From Pirellulales bacterium (GTDB lineage: Bacteria > Planctomycetota > Planctomycetia > Pirellulales > PALSA-1355): a DNA stretch of 64,000 nucleotides. The stretch spans positions 512,001-576,000 of the forward strand of contig CAVTBU010000007.1 of assembly GCA_963733035.1 (NCBI GenBank). Direction: 5' to 3'. Both the position numbers and the translations under genes were made by a program. This document shows positions 32,781 to 43,730 of the stretch, in pieces (position 1 is the stretch's first letter; each line of letters begins with the position of its first letter). Below the pieces are notes generated by a model. It did not search any database, had not been told where the DNA came from, and saw nothing but the letters and a program-made list of their open reading frames with translations.

Positions 32781-32965
32781 TTGGCTAACCCGACGCGCGA
32801 GCGAGGGGGTTTGCTTTTTTCTCCCTCGATTGCGCGTCGGGTTAGTGGGTGAGGCGGCTCAAAATTCTTGGTAATTCCGCCAAGATCAAGCATACTGGAA
32901 CGAATACCTGGCGGCTGATTCTGTTGTGTTCGGGCCAGGGCCTGTGGCCGCTCTAGTCTTTGGGG

Positions 32966-33316
32966 ATGAAACAGATGCATGATCTCATTTCAAAACTGAA
33001 TGGCGGCGAGATTCTGGGCTTGTTCGGGATCATCCTCGGCCTGATCGGCCTGGTGGGCGGATTGTCGGTGGGTTTTGTGAAAGTGATGTCTGAATACTAT
33101 CGCAAGACGCAGCTCGACGAGATGGAAGCGACGCTGAAGATGGAAATGATCCAACGCGGCATGTCGGCCGACGAGATTGCCAAGGTGCTCGAAGCCAAAA
33201 TGGGGTCCTCGAAATCTGCCTGGCAAGAGGTCCTCAGCAAGCTGGCGGTCGCGCCGACTCGCGCGGCAATGCAAGGTCGCTACGGCCGTTTCGGTACGCA
33301 ACAAGACACTCCTTGA
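32966..33316 (+). CDS. small membrane protein
   Basis: TM followed by 'LKMEMIQRGMSADEIAKVLE'; host-like codon usage. Confidence 0.7.
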   Translation: MKQMHDLISKLNGGEILGLFGIILGLIGLVGGLSVGFVKVMSEYYRKTQLDEMEATLKMEMIQRGMSADEIAKVLEAKMGSSKSAWQEVLSKLAVAPTRAAMQGRYGRFGTQQDTP

Positions 33317-33357
33317 AACGCCGGCCGGCACCAAAATCTCAACCGGGCACCGAAATC

Positions 33358-35063
33358 TCAACTGGGCGCGGTTGACGCGTTTTCGCCGCTCTCCGCGGCC
33401 GGTTCGGTTTCGTTCGCGTCGGCCGGTGCGTTTTCCGGCTCCTTCGCTTTTGGCTCTTTCGTCTCGGACTCCGCCGCCTCTTTCGTCGCCGCCGAGACTT
33501 CTTCCTTGAGCCACCTGGCCCGCAGCTGGTTCCCATGGCTTTGCGGGCTGGACTTGTCCGACTCGTAGAGTTCGATGGCCTTGGCGGTTTCGCCCGAGGC
33601 TTCGTAGGCGCGGGCCAGGTTGTAACGGGCCGAGGCAGCCCAGGGCGTTTCGCGTTCGGTGCCCAGCGTTCGTTCGGCCAGGAAGTGAATCGCGTTGGGA
33701 TAGTCTTGCTGCTCGAAGAAGATCAGGCCCAGCCAAAAGCTGGCATCTTGTTTGGCTTCGCGCATCAAGAGCGACTGCGCCGCCTCCATCTTGGCGATTG
33801 TCGAGCGCGTGTATCCTTGCGACATATACTGCCTGGCCGTCTCCGGCGAGAGGCGGAAGTCGAGAATGTAATCGTCGGGCGGCCGCGCGTTCAGGTACTC
33901 GGTCTTCGCCCCGTGGTCTCCTTCGTACTCCCCTTTGAAGTGCAACGCCCGGCCTTTTTTCAACGTTGGCATCACCTGGAAGACGACGGTCTCCTTCATA
34001 GCTTCGGTATTTTGCGTCGGCGTGCGGCGGGCCTTCGCCAGGTAGACTTCAAACGGCATCGGCCATAGCTTCGCTTCGGCCACGTGGGGCAGATTGGCGA
34101 CCTGGTCGGCGAGCTCATGTCCTGGCGACGTGAGCTTCACGCGATGGACGCCGGTCAGCCGCGACTCGACCAGGGCCATGCGCGAGACAGCGCCGGCGGC
34201 GCGGCTTCGACGTATGCCACCACGTGCTTGAGATCGGCGGCCTTCACCGGGTAGGGATGCTTCGCGTCGAGGTCGAGCTTCCGCAGCAGCGAGTCGTCCT
34301 CGGCAACTTCGCTCAGCGTGGCGACGCTGCCGGGCTTGGCGCCCGGTATCGGCAGGCCGAGCCGCGTGTCGAACAAGTAGAGCTGGTCGTTGGCAACCAA
34401 TGCCGGCAGCCAGGGACGCACATTACCCCCCTTCTTGTCGGCGAGGCCCAGAAACACGACGTTCAGCCCTTGCTGGCGGGCCAGCAAGACAAACAGCCAG
34501 GCCCTTTCCTGTGCGGTGCCGCGGCCATGCAGCAGCGTTTCGAAGGGCCGGTGGCGGATCCGCTTTTCCTCGCTTCCGCTCCAGTCGGCCTGGAGTTGGA
34601 TATTGCGCACGGTCCAATCAAACAGCCGCCTGGCCACGTCCAAATCCTCGAATTGATCGGCCCGGGCCTGGTTCGAGACGTTCCTTAGCCACACCGCTTC
34701 TTGCAAGTACCAGCCATCGTCGGGAGCCTGAAAGCGCATGCCCTCGAGCGAGCTCAATTCCGGCTGATTGCGGAGCTCGGGCGATAGTTCGGCCAGCAGC
34801 GGATCGGGCTTCCAATCGACTTGTGGCGTTTCCTGCAAGTACCACTGGTTCAGCCGATCGCACGTCTGTTTGAGAATCTGATCCGTGTCGAACTGTTCGA
34901 GCTGGTCAAGGTTCTCCGCAACCGACTCGAACAGCCCGCCGCGCGTGTTCGACTGCGAAGGGCCGCGGCGAGACGTGCCGGGCGATTGATCGTTGCAACC
35001 GACAAGCAGCGCAACCATCGAAAGCATAAGGGCGGCCATGCTGCAAAACTGCGCCAATTTCAC
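33358..35063 (-). CDS. lipoprotein with transglutaminase-like region and C-terminal TPR (frame break near 34180)
   Basis: Lipobox LLVGC; '[21 protein letters not shown]'; TPR '[10 protein letters not shown]'; two ORFs join. Confidence 0.72.
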
Positions 35064-35890
35064 GCCAGATTCTCCACGGTTTCGCGTATTTGCACCAGCC
35101 GGCCGAGCAGCGGTTCGAAATCGTCCAGCGGAATCATATTGGGCCCGTCACTGGGCGAGCTGTCGGGTGATGGATGCGTTTCAAAAAACAGACCGTCGAC
35201 GCCGATGGCCGTGGCCGCCCGCGCAAGCGGTTCGACCATGGCTCGATTGCCGCCGGTCGTGGCACCCAGTCCGCCCGGTTCCTGAACGCTATGGGTCGCG
35301 TCGAAAATGACGGGGGCTCCCAACTCGGCCATCTGCACCAGCGAACGCATGTCGTTCACCAGGCGGCCGTAGCCGAAAAAAGTGCCGCGCTCGCACAATA
35401 AGATGTTACGGCAGCCGGCCGCTTGGAGTTTGCCCAAAACATGCCGCATGTCCCACGGGGCCATGAATTGCCCCTTTTTTACGTTCACGGCCCTGCCTGT
35501 CGCCGCCGCCGCTACCAGCAGATCGGTCTGTCTAGCCAGAAATGCCGGGATTTGCAGCAAATCGCACACCTCGCCGGCCGGGGCGGCTTGTTGGGTTTCG
35601 TGGATATCGGTGGTCACCGGCAGGCCCGTTTCGCGGTGCACCTTTGCCAGAATCTCCAGCCCGCGCTCGAGTCCCGGACCGCGATACGAATCGAGGCTCG
35701 TGCGGTTGGCCTTGTCGAACGATGCTTTGAAGACCAGCGACACGGGCAACCGCTCGGCCACGCCGCGCAAGTGATCGGCAATGCGGAGCGTCAGTTCGTC
35801 ATCTTCGATGACGCACGGCCCGGCGATGACGAGCAATTGCTCGCCCCGACCGCAGCGATACGGGCCGATTTCAGCGGGATTATTCGACAC
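35060..35890 (-). CDS. kdsA: 3-deoxy-8-phosphooctulonate synthase
   Basis: [48 protein letters not shown]. Confidence 0.96.
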   Translation of the reverse strand: MSNNPAEIGPYRCGRGEQLLVIAGPCVIEDDELTLRIADHLRGVAERLPVSLVFKASFDKANRTSLDSYRGPGLERGLEILAKVHRETGLPVTTDIHETQQAAPAGEVCDLLQIPAFLARQTDLLVAAAATGRAVNVKKGQFMAPWDMRHVLGKLQAAGCRNILLCERGTFFGYGRLVNDMRSLVQMAELGAPVIFDATHSVQEPGGLGATTGGNRAMVEPLARAATAIGVDGLFFETHPSPDSSPSDGPNMIPLDDFEPLLGRLVQIRETVENLA

Positions 35891-36872
35891 GCGATTCGAC
35901 TCCAAGGGATTCCGGTGCTGCCGGCGCGAGCCCCAGGGCAGCGGCCCGGGCTGCCGGCACCAGCAGCGTAAGCCGCGCTGGCAGGATTTCAATTTCAACC
36001 GGCAGCAGGCCACCCGGGTCGCCGTCGAGTTGATAGGGAACCGGCTCGTCGGATTCGATCCGCACTCGCGTCGCCGTTTGGCAACGGTAGTCGGCCAATC
36101 GCTGATGGCGCCGCAGCAGCACGTGCCCGACGTAGTTCAGACCGTGCCACAGCGAGCCGCCGCGCAACGTGCAAACGTCGAACACGCCGTCGTCGGCCTT
36201 GGCCTCCGGCGCCACGATGAGCCCGCCGGCATACACGGGCATGTTGACCGCAAACGCCCACCGCGCCGCGTGCGAAAGTTCGACTTCCGGCTGGCCAGGC
36301 GACTGGCAATAGACGCGTAGCTCAGGGTAGCGATAACGGCGAATCGATTCCAGTATCGGCTGCGCCCAGGTCCAGTAGCTGATATGCCCGCCGCGACGGC
36401 GGCGATGCAGTCGTTCGACCACGTCGGCATCAAAGCCGCAGCCAACCATTAGCAAGAAGATGCGTCCGCCGGCGCGTCCGGCGTCGAGCCGCACCAAGGC
36501 TCCGTCGGAAACAAGCTGTGCCATGGCTCGCGCATCGCGCCGAATCGAGAAGTAGCCGGCCAGCAAGTTGGCCGTTCCCAACGGATACACCGTGACCGCG
36601 GTCGTCGGCGAGGTTCGATTGACGACCTCGGCCACCGTGCCGTCGCCTCCGGCGGCAATCACGGCTCGCAATCGTCCTTCGGCCTCCAGCGCGTGGGCCA
36701 GCGGCCCCAAGGCGTCCAGATCGGTCACGATCTCCGCGATCAGTCCGCGCTCGGCGATGCTGTCTCGCAGTGCCCGCAGCTCGTCGGCTCGGTGGCGCGA
36801 GCCGGCCGTCGGATTGCCGACAATGAGCACGCGGTCGAGGGGCCGTAATTCGGTGGGAGAATGGGCTTTCAC
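35880..36872 (-). CDS. diacylglycerol kinase-family lipid kinase
   Basis: [30 protein letters not shown]. Confidence 0.9.
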   Translation of the reverse strand: MKAHSPTELRPLDRVLIVGNPTAGSRHRADELRALRDSIAERGLIAEIVTDLDALGPLAHALEAEGRLRAVIAAGGDGTVAEVVNRTSPTTAVTVYPLGTANLLAGYFSIRRDARAMAQLVSDGALVRLDAGRAGGRIFLLMVGCGFDADVVERLHRRRRGGHISYWTWAQPILESIRRYRYPELRVYCQSPGQPEVELSHAARWAFAVNMPVYAGGLIVAPEAKADDGVFDVCTLRGGSLWHGLNYVGHVLLRRHQRLADYRCQTATRVRIESDEPVPYQLDGDPGGLLPVEIEILPARLTLLVPAARAAALGLAPAAPESLGVESRVE

Positions 36873-37244
36873 AACGGGCTCTCGGAGCGCGGGCGAGCGG
36901 CGAAATGCGACGGCCGACGACCTGTCCGGCACACCCATCGACGCGGTTGGACGCAGGGTACTGTCACCGCCCGGCGGACGCAATCTGAGCCATCGGCCCG
37001 CGAGGCAAGCCGCTGTTTCCCGGATCGCCGGCCGGGCAGTCCAAATCCTGGATTCAACCGCCCGAGGTCGTGGGACTGTTGTTTCGAAAGGGCACAACTG
37101 CGGCAGAACGCGCCAGCAATGGTGGTTGGGCCAATTCTGATCCAAAAGTTGGACGACTACGCAAGCTATTCTGCCATTTCGAGATACGCAACGAAAGGGA
37201 GTCTAGTTCAAAACTTTCTTTCCATGGCATTCCGCTTGCATAGA

Positions 37245-37377
37245 GGAGAGCCGGTGTCGGTTACGGCACCCTAAACTTGCGGCCCGTGGGGCCTCTGATG
37301 AAGGTAGCCGGATAGTTACCTTGCCCCTAATTATCCGGCAACGCCAAATGTATTTGGCGCATCAGAGGCCCCTTTTT
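37245..37377 (+). ncRNA. putative structured RNA/attenuator ending in terminator-like U tract
   Basis: 13-bp perfect stem 37288-37300/37360-37372 enclosing two hairpins, followed by TTTTT; upstream hairpin GGTGTCG-GTTA-CGGCACC. Confidence 0.5.
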
Positions 37378-37538
37378 ATTGCGCCGCGTTAGCAATCCGT
37401 GGCACCGACATTCTCGTCGCGCTACAATCGCGATCGACTGAAACGGATCGCCTGTTGGCGGTCGGCGACCGCAGCCTCTCCAGCGGCAATTCGTGCCAGT
37501 AGTTCGACCGTCGACACGATTTCACGGGGCGGTACACC

Positions 37539-38321
37539 ATGGAACTCTCGCGCAAAGTAGCCATTGTGACCGGCGGAGGGGGACCGGGAACCGGGCGCGC
37601 GGTGTCCCGGCGACTTGCGCTTGAAGGTGCAACCGTCGTCGTGGCCGACGTTGACGAGATGGCCGGGCAGGAAACCATTCGGGCGATTGCGGCCTCCGGC
37701 GGCTCGGCAGAGTTTGCACGCGTCGATGTCGGCGTCGAAGACGAAGTACGCCAGCTCGTCGAGCACGTGGAAACGACGCTGGGTGGAATCGATGTCCTGG
37801 TCAACAACGCCTCCGCGCCGTTTCCTTCGCAGGGACTTTTGCGCGGCTGGTTCGACGCCGTGCAGGTCGACTTGCTGGGCACAATGTATTCAACCTGGCA
37901 TGCGATTCCATCCATGCGTCGGCGAGGCGCTGGCGCGATCGTCAATATCAGCTCCACTTCCGCATTGGGGCATGGCTACAAGGCCTCTCCGTCGCCTGGA
38001 TACGATGTGGCCAAAGCCGGTGTGTTGCGGCTGGCGACGATGCTTGCGCCGCTGGCCGAGCAGGACAAGATTCGTGTCAACTGCCTGCTTCCCGATTGGG
38101 TCGCGACGCCCGAGCTCGTCGAGTACTGCGATTCGTTGACGCCCGAGCAGCGAGTAGCCCGCGGCGTTCCCGCGGAGTTGACGTCGCTCGAAGAGATTTC
38201 CGACGCCGTATTCGAGCTGATTACAGACGATGGCCTGGCCGGACGCGTGATGGTTTGGTGGAGTGGCGAGCCGCGCCGGCTGATCCCCCTCGGCGATCGG
38301 GGACATGAGGGCTGGCAGTAA
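37539..38321 (+). CDS. short-chain dehydrogenase/reductase
   Basis: TGGGGPGTG, VNNA, YDVAK. Confidence 0.9.
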   Translation: MELSRKVAIVTGGGGPGTGRAVSRRLALEGATVVVADVDEMAGQETIRAIAASGGSAEFARVDVGVEDEVRQLVEHVETTLGGIDVLVNNASAPFPSQGLLRGWFDAVQVDLLGTMYSTWHAIPSMRRRGAGAIVNISSTSALGHGYKASPSPGYDVAKAGVLRLATMLAPLAEQDKIRVNCLLPDWVATPELVEYCDSLTPEQRVARGVPAELTSLEEISDAVFELITDDGLAGRVMVWWSGEPRRLIPLGDRGHEGWQ

Positions 38322-38345
38322 CGTCGCCTTTTCCGCCAACCCGAA

Positions 38346-39704
38346 TTAAATCAACTCTCGGATCGGTTCGCGGCGATCCAGCAAGTATTGGGGTCGGCCC
38401 GCGTGGTCCGGAATGACCGCGGTGTTCACGTCGATGCCTAGCTGCCGGTAGAGCGTGGCGAACACGTCCTGATAGTGAACCGGTCGGTCTTGCGGTACTT
38501 CTCCCAGGCGATTGGTCGAACCGATGACTTGCCCCATCCGCATTCCGCCGCCCGCGAGCAAGGCGCACGACACCTGCGGCCAGTGGTCGCGCCCGCCGCC
38601 GGGGTTAATCCGTGGCGTTCGTCCGAACTCACCCCAGGCCACCACGCTGACGTCCTCGTCGAGACCGCGCGCGTGCAGGTCTTCGACTAGCGCCGTAATC
38701 GCTTGATCCAGCTTGCCAAGCTGCTCGGGCAACCGCTCGAAGTTCGCGCCGTGACGGTCCCAACTGCCGAACGAGAGCGTCACACATCGCACGCCCGCTT
38801 CGACCAACCGTCGTGCCATGAGGAATTGATCCATCCAATGCGGTCCGGCGTCCTCACCGAAGGCCGGGTCAGCACTGCCGCGGCCGTAGCGATCGCGCAC
38901 CGCCGGATCTTCCTTCTCCAGATCGAGCGCTTCGGCCAGCTTGCTCGACGTCAGCACGTCAAACGCCTTTTGCGTCAAGGCATCCACACCACGATACACC
39001 GGCTGGGCATCAACCTGCCGGCGAAACGCATCAAAACTCCCCAGCAACTCCTGGCGGTCACGAAGTTGATCGAGCGTCACGCCGTTCAGACGCATGTCCG
39101 CCATCGCCTCGCCTTCGGGTTGAAACGGCGCATGAGCCTGCCCCAAGAAACCCGGCAACCCGGGGTTCGAATAGGGCGCGTGTCGAGTCTTGATGGTCAG
39201 GCCGACGAACGGCGCCACCGCCGGATCAACCGGACCTTGCAGTCTGGACAGCGCCGCCCCCAGCGACGGATGCCCGTCCTGCCGCCCCTTCGCTCCAATC
39301 GGATAGCCGCTCATGCACAGGTCGGAGGCATGCTGATCGGGGCAGCCGTATAACGAGCGAATGATGGCGAACTTGTCCATCATCGTCGCCAGCCGAGGCA
39401 TATGTTCGCAGATTTCGATCCCGGGGACGTTCGTCTTAATTGGCTTGAACGATCCGCGAATCTCGACTGGGGCCTGCATCTTCAGGTCGAACATGTCCTG
39501 GTGCGATGGACCACCGGACAAATAGATCATGATGATGGCTTTGTGCGAGAGGTTCTTGCCGCGCGTCAAAGGTGAGGCGTCTTCGGCCCGCAGAATCGCC
39601 GGCAGTGAGAGCCCGCCGAGTGCCAGTCCGCCAATCTTCAAGAAATGTCGCCGCGAATACCCATCGCAAAACCGCGACGGGCGCCGTCCAAGTACGGAAA
39701 GCAT
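38346..39704 (-). CDS. DUF1501 domain protein (Tat-like signal)
   Basis: [41 protein letters not shown]. Confidence 0.92.
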   Translation of the reverse strand: MLSVLGRRPSRFCDGYSRRHFLKIGGLALGGLSLPAILRAEDASPLTRGKNLSHKAIIMIYLSGGPSHQDMFDLKMQAPVEIRGSFKPIKTNVPGIEICEHMPRLATMMDKFAIIRSLYGCPDQHASDLCMSGYPIGAKGRQDGHPSLGAALSRLQGPVDPAVAPFVGLTIKTRHAPYSNPGLPGFLGQAHAPFQPEGEAMADMRLNGVTLDQLRDRQELLGSFDAFRRQVDAQPVYRGVDALTQKAFDVLTSSKLAEALDLEKEDPAVRDRYGRGSADPAFGEDAGPHWMDQFLMARRLVEAGVRCVTLSFGSWDRHGANFERLPEQLGKLDQAITALVEDLHARGLDEDVSVVAWGEFGRTPRINPGGGRDHWPQVSCALLAGGGMRMGQVIGSTNRLGEVPQDRPVHYQDVFATLYRQLGIDVNTAVIPDHAGRPQYLLDRREPIRELI

Positions 39705-40163
39705 GGTACTCGTTCCTTTTGCAAACTTCACGAAAAACTCGGCTGCGGGCCACCCACACGATACATTGGCGTCTATTGATGTGTCCATTGCAAGCGAACG
39801 CCGCGTTTTCTTCGCTCGTGCTTATACGCGGCGCAGAGCATCTTTTTGCGGCGATCCTCCGGCGGCCGGTTCGCGTGGATTTCCAGGGCTTGAATCGCGC
39901 GACATTGCGGCACTATCCCAAAGGCGTTTGGCAGTCGCACTGGTTGTTCGAGACCGGCAGAGATACCTCGCTTCCAGCCACATTTGCGACGCTCAAAGAC
40001 GACGCATCGCACACTGCCCTGTTTTTCATCCTTGACTGCCTACGCTGATAGCAAACATCGCCGGCAGGGTACGTGATGAAGAAAATGTTAGCTTGTAACG
40101 CGCCTCGCAAGTCTCTATGTGATCAATGCTTACGGAGTTCGGTCGCGGAGAAATACGACATTT

Positions 40164-40179
40164 TGGCACGTCGATTGCT
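40164..40179 (+). promoter_or_regulatory. sigma54 (-24/-12) promoter of amtB
   Basis: TGGCACG-TCGA-TTGCT, consensus match and spacing; upstream of an ammonium transporter. Confidence 0.8.
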
Positions 40180-40504
40180 TTCGAGCCGTCGCGATCGAAT
40201 TGTTTCCCGTGCTTGCCTTGTAGGCGTTTGGCGGACGTAAGTAATGCCTCAAATTCTGGACGTCAATCCGACCTGCGAGCACGACGTCTACGTGGCCCTG
40301 TGTGCCGGCAGTGGCGGCGATTAAAGCGCTGAGCCGACCGCCAGTTTCCTGAAAATTTTTGTTCCCGGAGTTCAGCTGCGCTCGCGGTGCGCGCCGGGTT
40401 GGTTGTTTCGTTTTTGTATGCCGGACTGACGAATCCCGACGCACTCCGTCGGTCAGGCCGGTAGTCCGAGATCCCAGTCCTTCTGTCAACTAAGTGGAGG
40501 TCGT

Positions 40505-41984
40505 ATGAGTACTTTATTGAGCCCTCGTTTGTGGGCAGTCCTGCTGATGGCGACAACGCTGATCGCGTTGTCGACGCGATCTTATGGTGACGAGCCCGGC
40601 ACGCCCGAGGTCGCCGCTGAAGAGGCTGCCAAAGAGGAAGCCATCGCTGCCGCGGCACCGTCGGAGCCGCCTGGCTGGAACAAAGATCCGGCCAACGTCA
40701 GCATCGCGGCTCGACACGGTTTGGGTGATGGTTGCTGCGTTCCTCGTGATGTGGATGCAGGCCGGGTTCTGCCTCGTCGAGGCGGGCCTGACGCGGGCCA
40801 AGAACGCCGTGAACATCTGCATGAAAAACCTGCTGGATTTTTCCTTCGGAACGCTGGCGTTTTGGCTCGTGGGTTTTGGCTTGATGTTCAGCGTCGGCAA
40901 TAACTTCATGGGAGATAGTGGGTTCTTGCTTCGCGAGTCGACCGTCATGGTCGATGGGACCGAAACGGCCAACTTCGCTCCGCTGAGTTGGACTGCGGTT
41001 CCGCTTGAGTCGAAGTTCTTCTTCCAACTCGTATTTGCTGCCACGGCCGCGACGATTGTCTCCGGTGCCATGGCCGAACGTACAAAGTTTCTCTCCTACA
41101 TGGTCTACAGCATCTTGATCAGCTCACTCATCTACCCGATTTCGGGACATTGGATTTGGGGCGGCGGCTGGTTGGCTGATCGCGGGTTTTGGGATTTTGC
41201 CGGTTCGACGGTAGTGCACAGCGTCGGGGGTTGGCTGGCCCTGGTGGGAGCATTTGTCATTGGACCGCGTAAGGGCAAGTTTGACTCGGCCGGCAAGCCG
41301 CGGGCGATTCCAGGTCACAACATCGTGCTTGTGACGTTGGGCGTGTTCATTCTGTGGCTCGGCTGGTTCGGGTTTAACCCTGGCAGCACCATGGCTGCCG
41401 ATGCCCCCAGCATCGCGCATATTACCGTGACGACGAACACCGCGGCGGCGGCAGGCGCGATCTGTGCCATGCTGACCGCGCGGTTGATGTTCGGTAAATG
41501 GGAAGCCACGATGGCCCTCAACGGCGTGTTGGCGGGGCTGGTGGCCATCACCTGTCCGTGCAACTGGGTGAGCATCGAAGGTGCGCTGGCGATTGGTGCG
41601 ATCGCTGGACCGCTGGTTGTGCTGAGCGTAGTGTTCATCGAACACACACTGAAGATTGACGACCCGGTGGGTGCTGTTTCCGTGCACGGCGTTTGCGGTG
41701 CCTGGGGCACATTGTCACTGGGCCTGTTTTCAACCGCGAACGGCGAAGCTGCTCCCATGGCCGGCTTGTTCTATGGCGGCGACGCCACGCAGTTGATCGA
41801 ACAAGCGATCGGTGTGGGGGCCGTGTTCGGGTGGTGCATGGTGACCGGAGCGATTTGCTTCTTCGGCATCAAGTACACAATGGGCCTGCGTGTGACGCCG
41901 GAAGAAGAGGCCGAGGGTCTCGACTTTGGCGAGCACGGCAACGAGGCCTACCACGGCTTCCAGTTTGTCAGCGAAGTTGCGTAA
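40505..41984 (+). CDS. amtB: ammonium transporter (frame break near 40708)
   Basis: GGAGG RBS, signal peptide; MQAGF, SGAMAER, DFAGSTVVH, WFGFNPGS, DDPVGAVSVHG, GLDFGEHG. Confidence 0.93.
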
Positions 41985-41999
41985 CAATGCCTCGAGTCT

Positions 42000-42036
42000 C
42001 GGCGGCGGCCGCCCTCACCGGTGCGGCCGCCCGCCG
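42000..42036 (+). terminator. GC-rich hairpin after amtB
   Basis: CGGCGGCGGCCGC...GCGGCCGCCCGCCG; U tract weak. Confidence 0.4.
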
Positions 42037-42242
42037 GGGCCTTCTGCGAAACTCGGTAGCGCATTCTGGCTTCTCCGCTTAGCCAGAAGGACGCCCCAAA
42101 TGACTTGGGCGGGTTTGCAAAAGCTCGCCCAAGTCGGGGTGCGCGCGGGCCAGCCCGGGGTTATCCAACGCGGTCCCGCCGCCCGCCTTGTGGCGTTGCT
42201 TTTTGCGCGCGGCGTCTGTTCCGGCTTACCACAACCCCATCG

Positions 42243-42336
42243 GCCCTTGGCGGCCGGGAGGTAGACTTAGGGGCTTAACTCGCCAGTACAGCGTCAATTG
42301 GCAGAGCACGGCATTCGTAATGCAACGGTGCGAGTT
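42243..42336 (+). repeat. degenerate duplicate of tRNA-Thr promoter and 5' two-thirds
   Basis: GGTAGACTTAGGGGCTTAACT-GCCAG..TCAATTGGCAGAGCAC.GCATTCGTAATGC shared with 43494-43590. Confidence 0.85.
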
Positions 42337-42500
42337 GCGGCGCAACGACTTACGTTCACTTGCTGTGCACGCAAGACCCGCAAAAACCTCGGGAAACCTG
42401 CATAGCAGGTGTAGTCGGGCGTAGTCCCCCTCACAAGCAGAAAGTTGCAAGGCAAAAGCAGCATTCGCCGTACACCGGCGCGCCACGCTAAACTTACGGC

Positions 42501-42899
42501 ATGGACTACAAGTTGCTTGCAATCACTGCGCAATCCTTCTTTGTCATTGCGTTCGGCGGTCTTTTTCTCTGCATCGCCGGTCTAGTTGGCGGAGAATGGT
42601 TGTTGATCTCAATTGGCGGTGCTTGGGGCGTGATGGAAGCATGCGCGATGCAATTTGGCATGCGACACGCAAGTGCAGACGCATGGTCTCAAAAGCCGAA
42701 TCGACTGATTCGAGGACTCGTCAGCGGAACGATCGTCATTGTGCTTTTCTTGCCGGCGGCGGCCGCGTTTATAACCAATGGCCCCGTGCTCGGGCTCGCG
42801 GTGGTGGCGGTAATCATCGTCGGTATGAATGTGACCAGCCACTTGTGCAACTGGTGGTTCGGACCAGCCGCGCGCGGAGCGGGCCGCTCAGAATGCTAA
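42501..42899 (+). CDS. hypothetical 4-TM membrane protein
   Basis: 132-aa ORF with four hydrophobic segments. Confidence 0.6.
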   Translation: MDYKLLAITAQSFFVIAFGGLFLCIAGLVGGEWLLISIGGAWGVMEACAMQFGMRHASADAWSQKPNRLIRGLVSGTIVIVLFLPAAAAFITNGPVLGLAVVAVIIVGMNVTSHLCNWWFGPAARGAGRSEC

Positions 42900-42921
42900 T
42901 CTCGCCGCATGCGCAGGCTGC

Positions 42922-43176
42922 TCACAGGGGCGCGAATGCAGACTGTGCGTACCAAGCGCAGAGAAGCACTATCAGCAGTGCGGAGAGCGCGACGAGTATT
43001 AGCAACTGTCGCGGCGTGAATTGCCAGAACCTAGGCTCTCGCCCGTCTTGGACGGGCAGACCTTGCGCAGCTTTGAGCCCCCGTTCCAGCGAGCCCATCA
43101 CGTCCGGCAAACGCCAGAAGAATAGCAAGACGACGATTGCACCAACTATCACAAGCTCCGTCTGCCCTAATCTCAT
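42922..43176 (-). CDS. TatA-like small membrane protein with extra C-terminal TM
   Basis: MRLGQTELVIVGAIVVLLFFWRLPDVMGSLERGL resembles TatA N-terminus. Confidence 0.55.
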   Translation of the reverse strand: MRLGQTELVIVGAIVVLLFFWRLPDVMGSLERGLKAAQGLPVQDGREPRFWQFTPRQLLILVALSALLIVLLCAWYAQSAFAPL

Positions 43177-43497
43177 ACGGGTATTCTATTCGAAGAATCG
43201 TTCCCCGCTCACGCGCTTCCGCGTACGCTTCTCCAGTGGCGGCGAGTTGCTCCGCATTTTCGTGAACTCGTCCAGGGTGGCCTGGGAAATGCGCCACGAT
43301 GGCCGTTTACGCGGGGAATGGACGCTAAAGGCAGGTAGTTCGCCGGATCGAACGCAACTCTGAATTCTGTCCAGGCTGATAGCACCGAGTTGAGCCAGCT
43401 CTGCCGTCGCCAGTTGAATGCGACACCAGGCGGCCAGTCATGATCACAGGCTCCCCGTTTTGCTCGTATACCTCGCCACGTGGCTCATCCGCAGCCC

Positions 43498-43526
43498 TTG
43501 GCGGAAGTGGCCGGGAAAGGTAGACT
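43498..43526 (+). promoter_or_regulatory. sigma70-like promoter of tRNA-Thr
   Basis: TTGGCG-N17-TAGACT, 14 nt upstream of tRNA. Confidence 0.6.
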
Positions 43527-43540
43527 TAGGGGCTTAACTT

Positions 43541-43614
43541 GCCAGCGTAGCTTCAATTGGCAGAGCACCGCATTCGTAATGCGGGGGTTGCGGGTTCGAC
43601 TCCCGCCGCTGGCT
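43541..43614 (+). tRNA. tRNA-Thr(CGT)
   Basis: Acceptor GCCAGCG/CGCTGGC, D arm, anticodon arm CCGCA-TTCGTAA-TGCGG, T loop GGTTCGACTCC; CCA not encoded. Confidence 0.95.
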
Positions 43615-43730
43615 CTGGGTGGTTGCAGCCAAACTCCCTAAAGCAGGTGGGCTTTCTTATTGGGCGCTCTCGGCCCGGTGCTCAAACGCCGCGAGCGGCC
43701 CCGATTTTTCCTGGTTGGAGGTAGAACGAT

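Noticed and set aside
37294..37327. Hammerhead ribozyme (CTGATGA) or c-di-GMP-I riboswitch
   Set aside because: No GAAA after stem II, and no GGCAAA..GAAA..ACGCAAAG core on either strand.
42282..42350. Second functional tRNA-Thr
   Set aside because: Acceptor stem and T arm cannot form.
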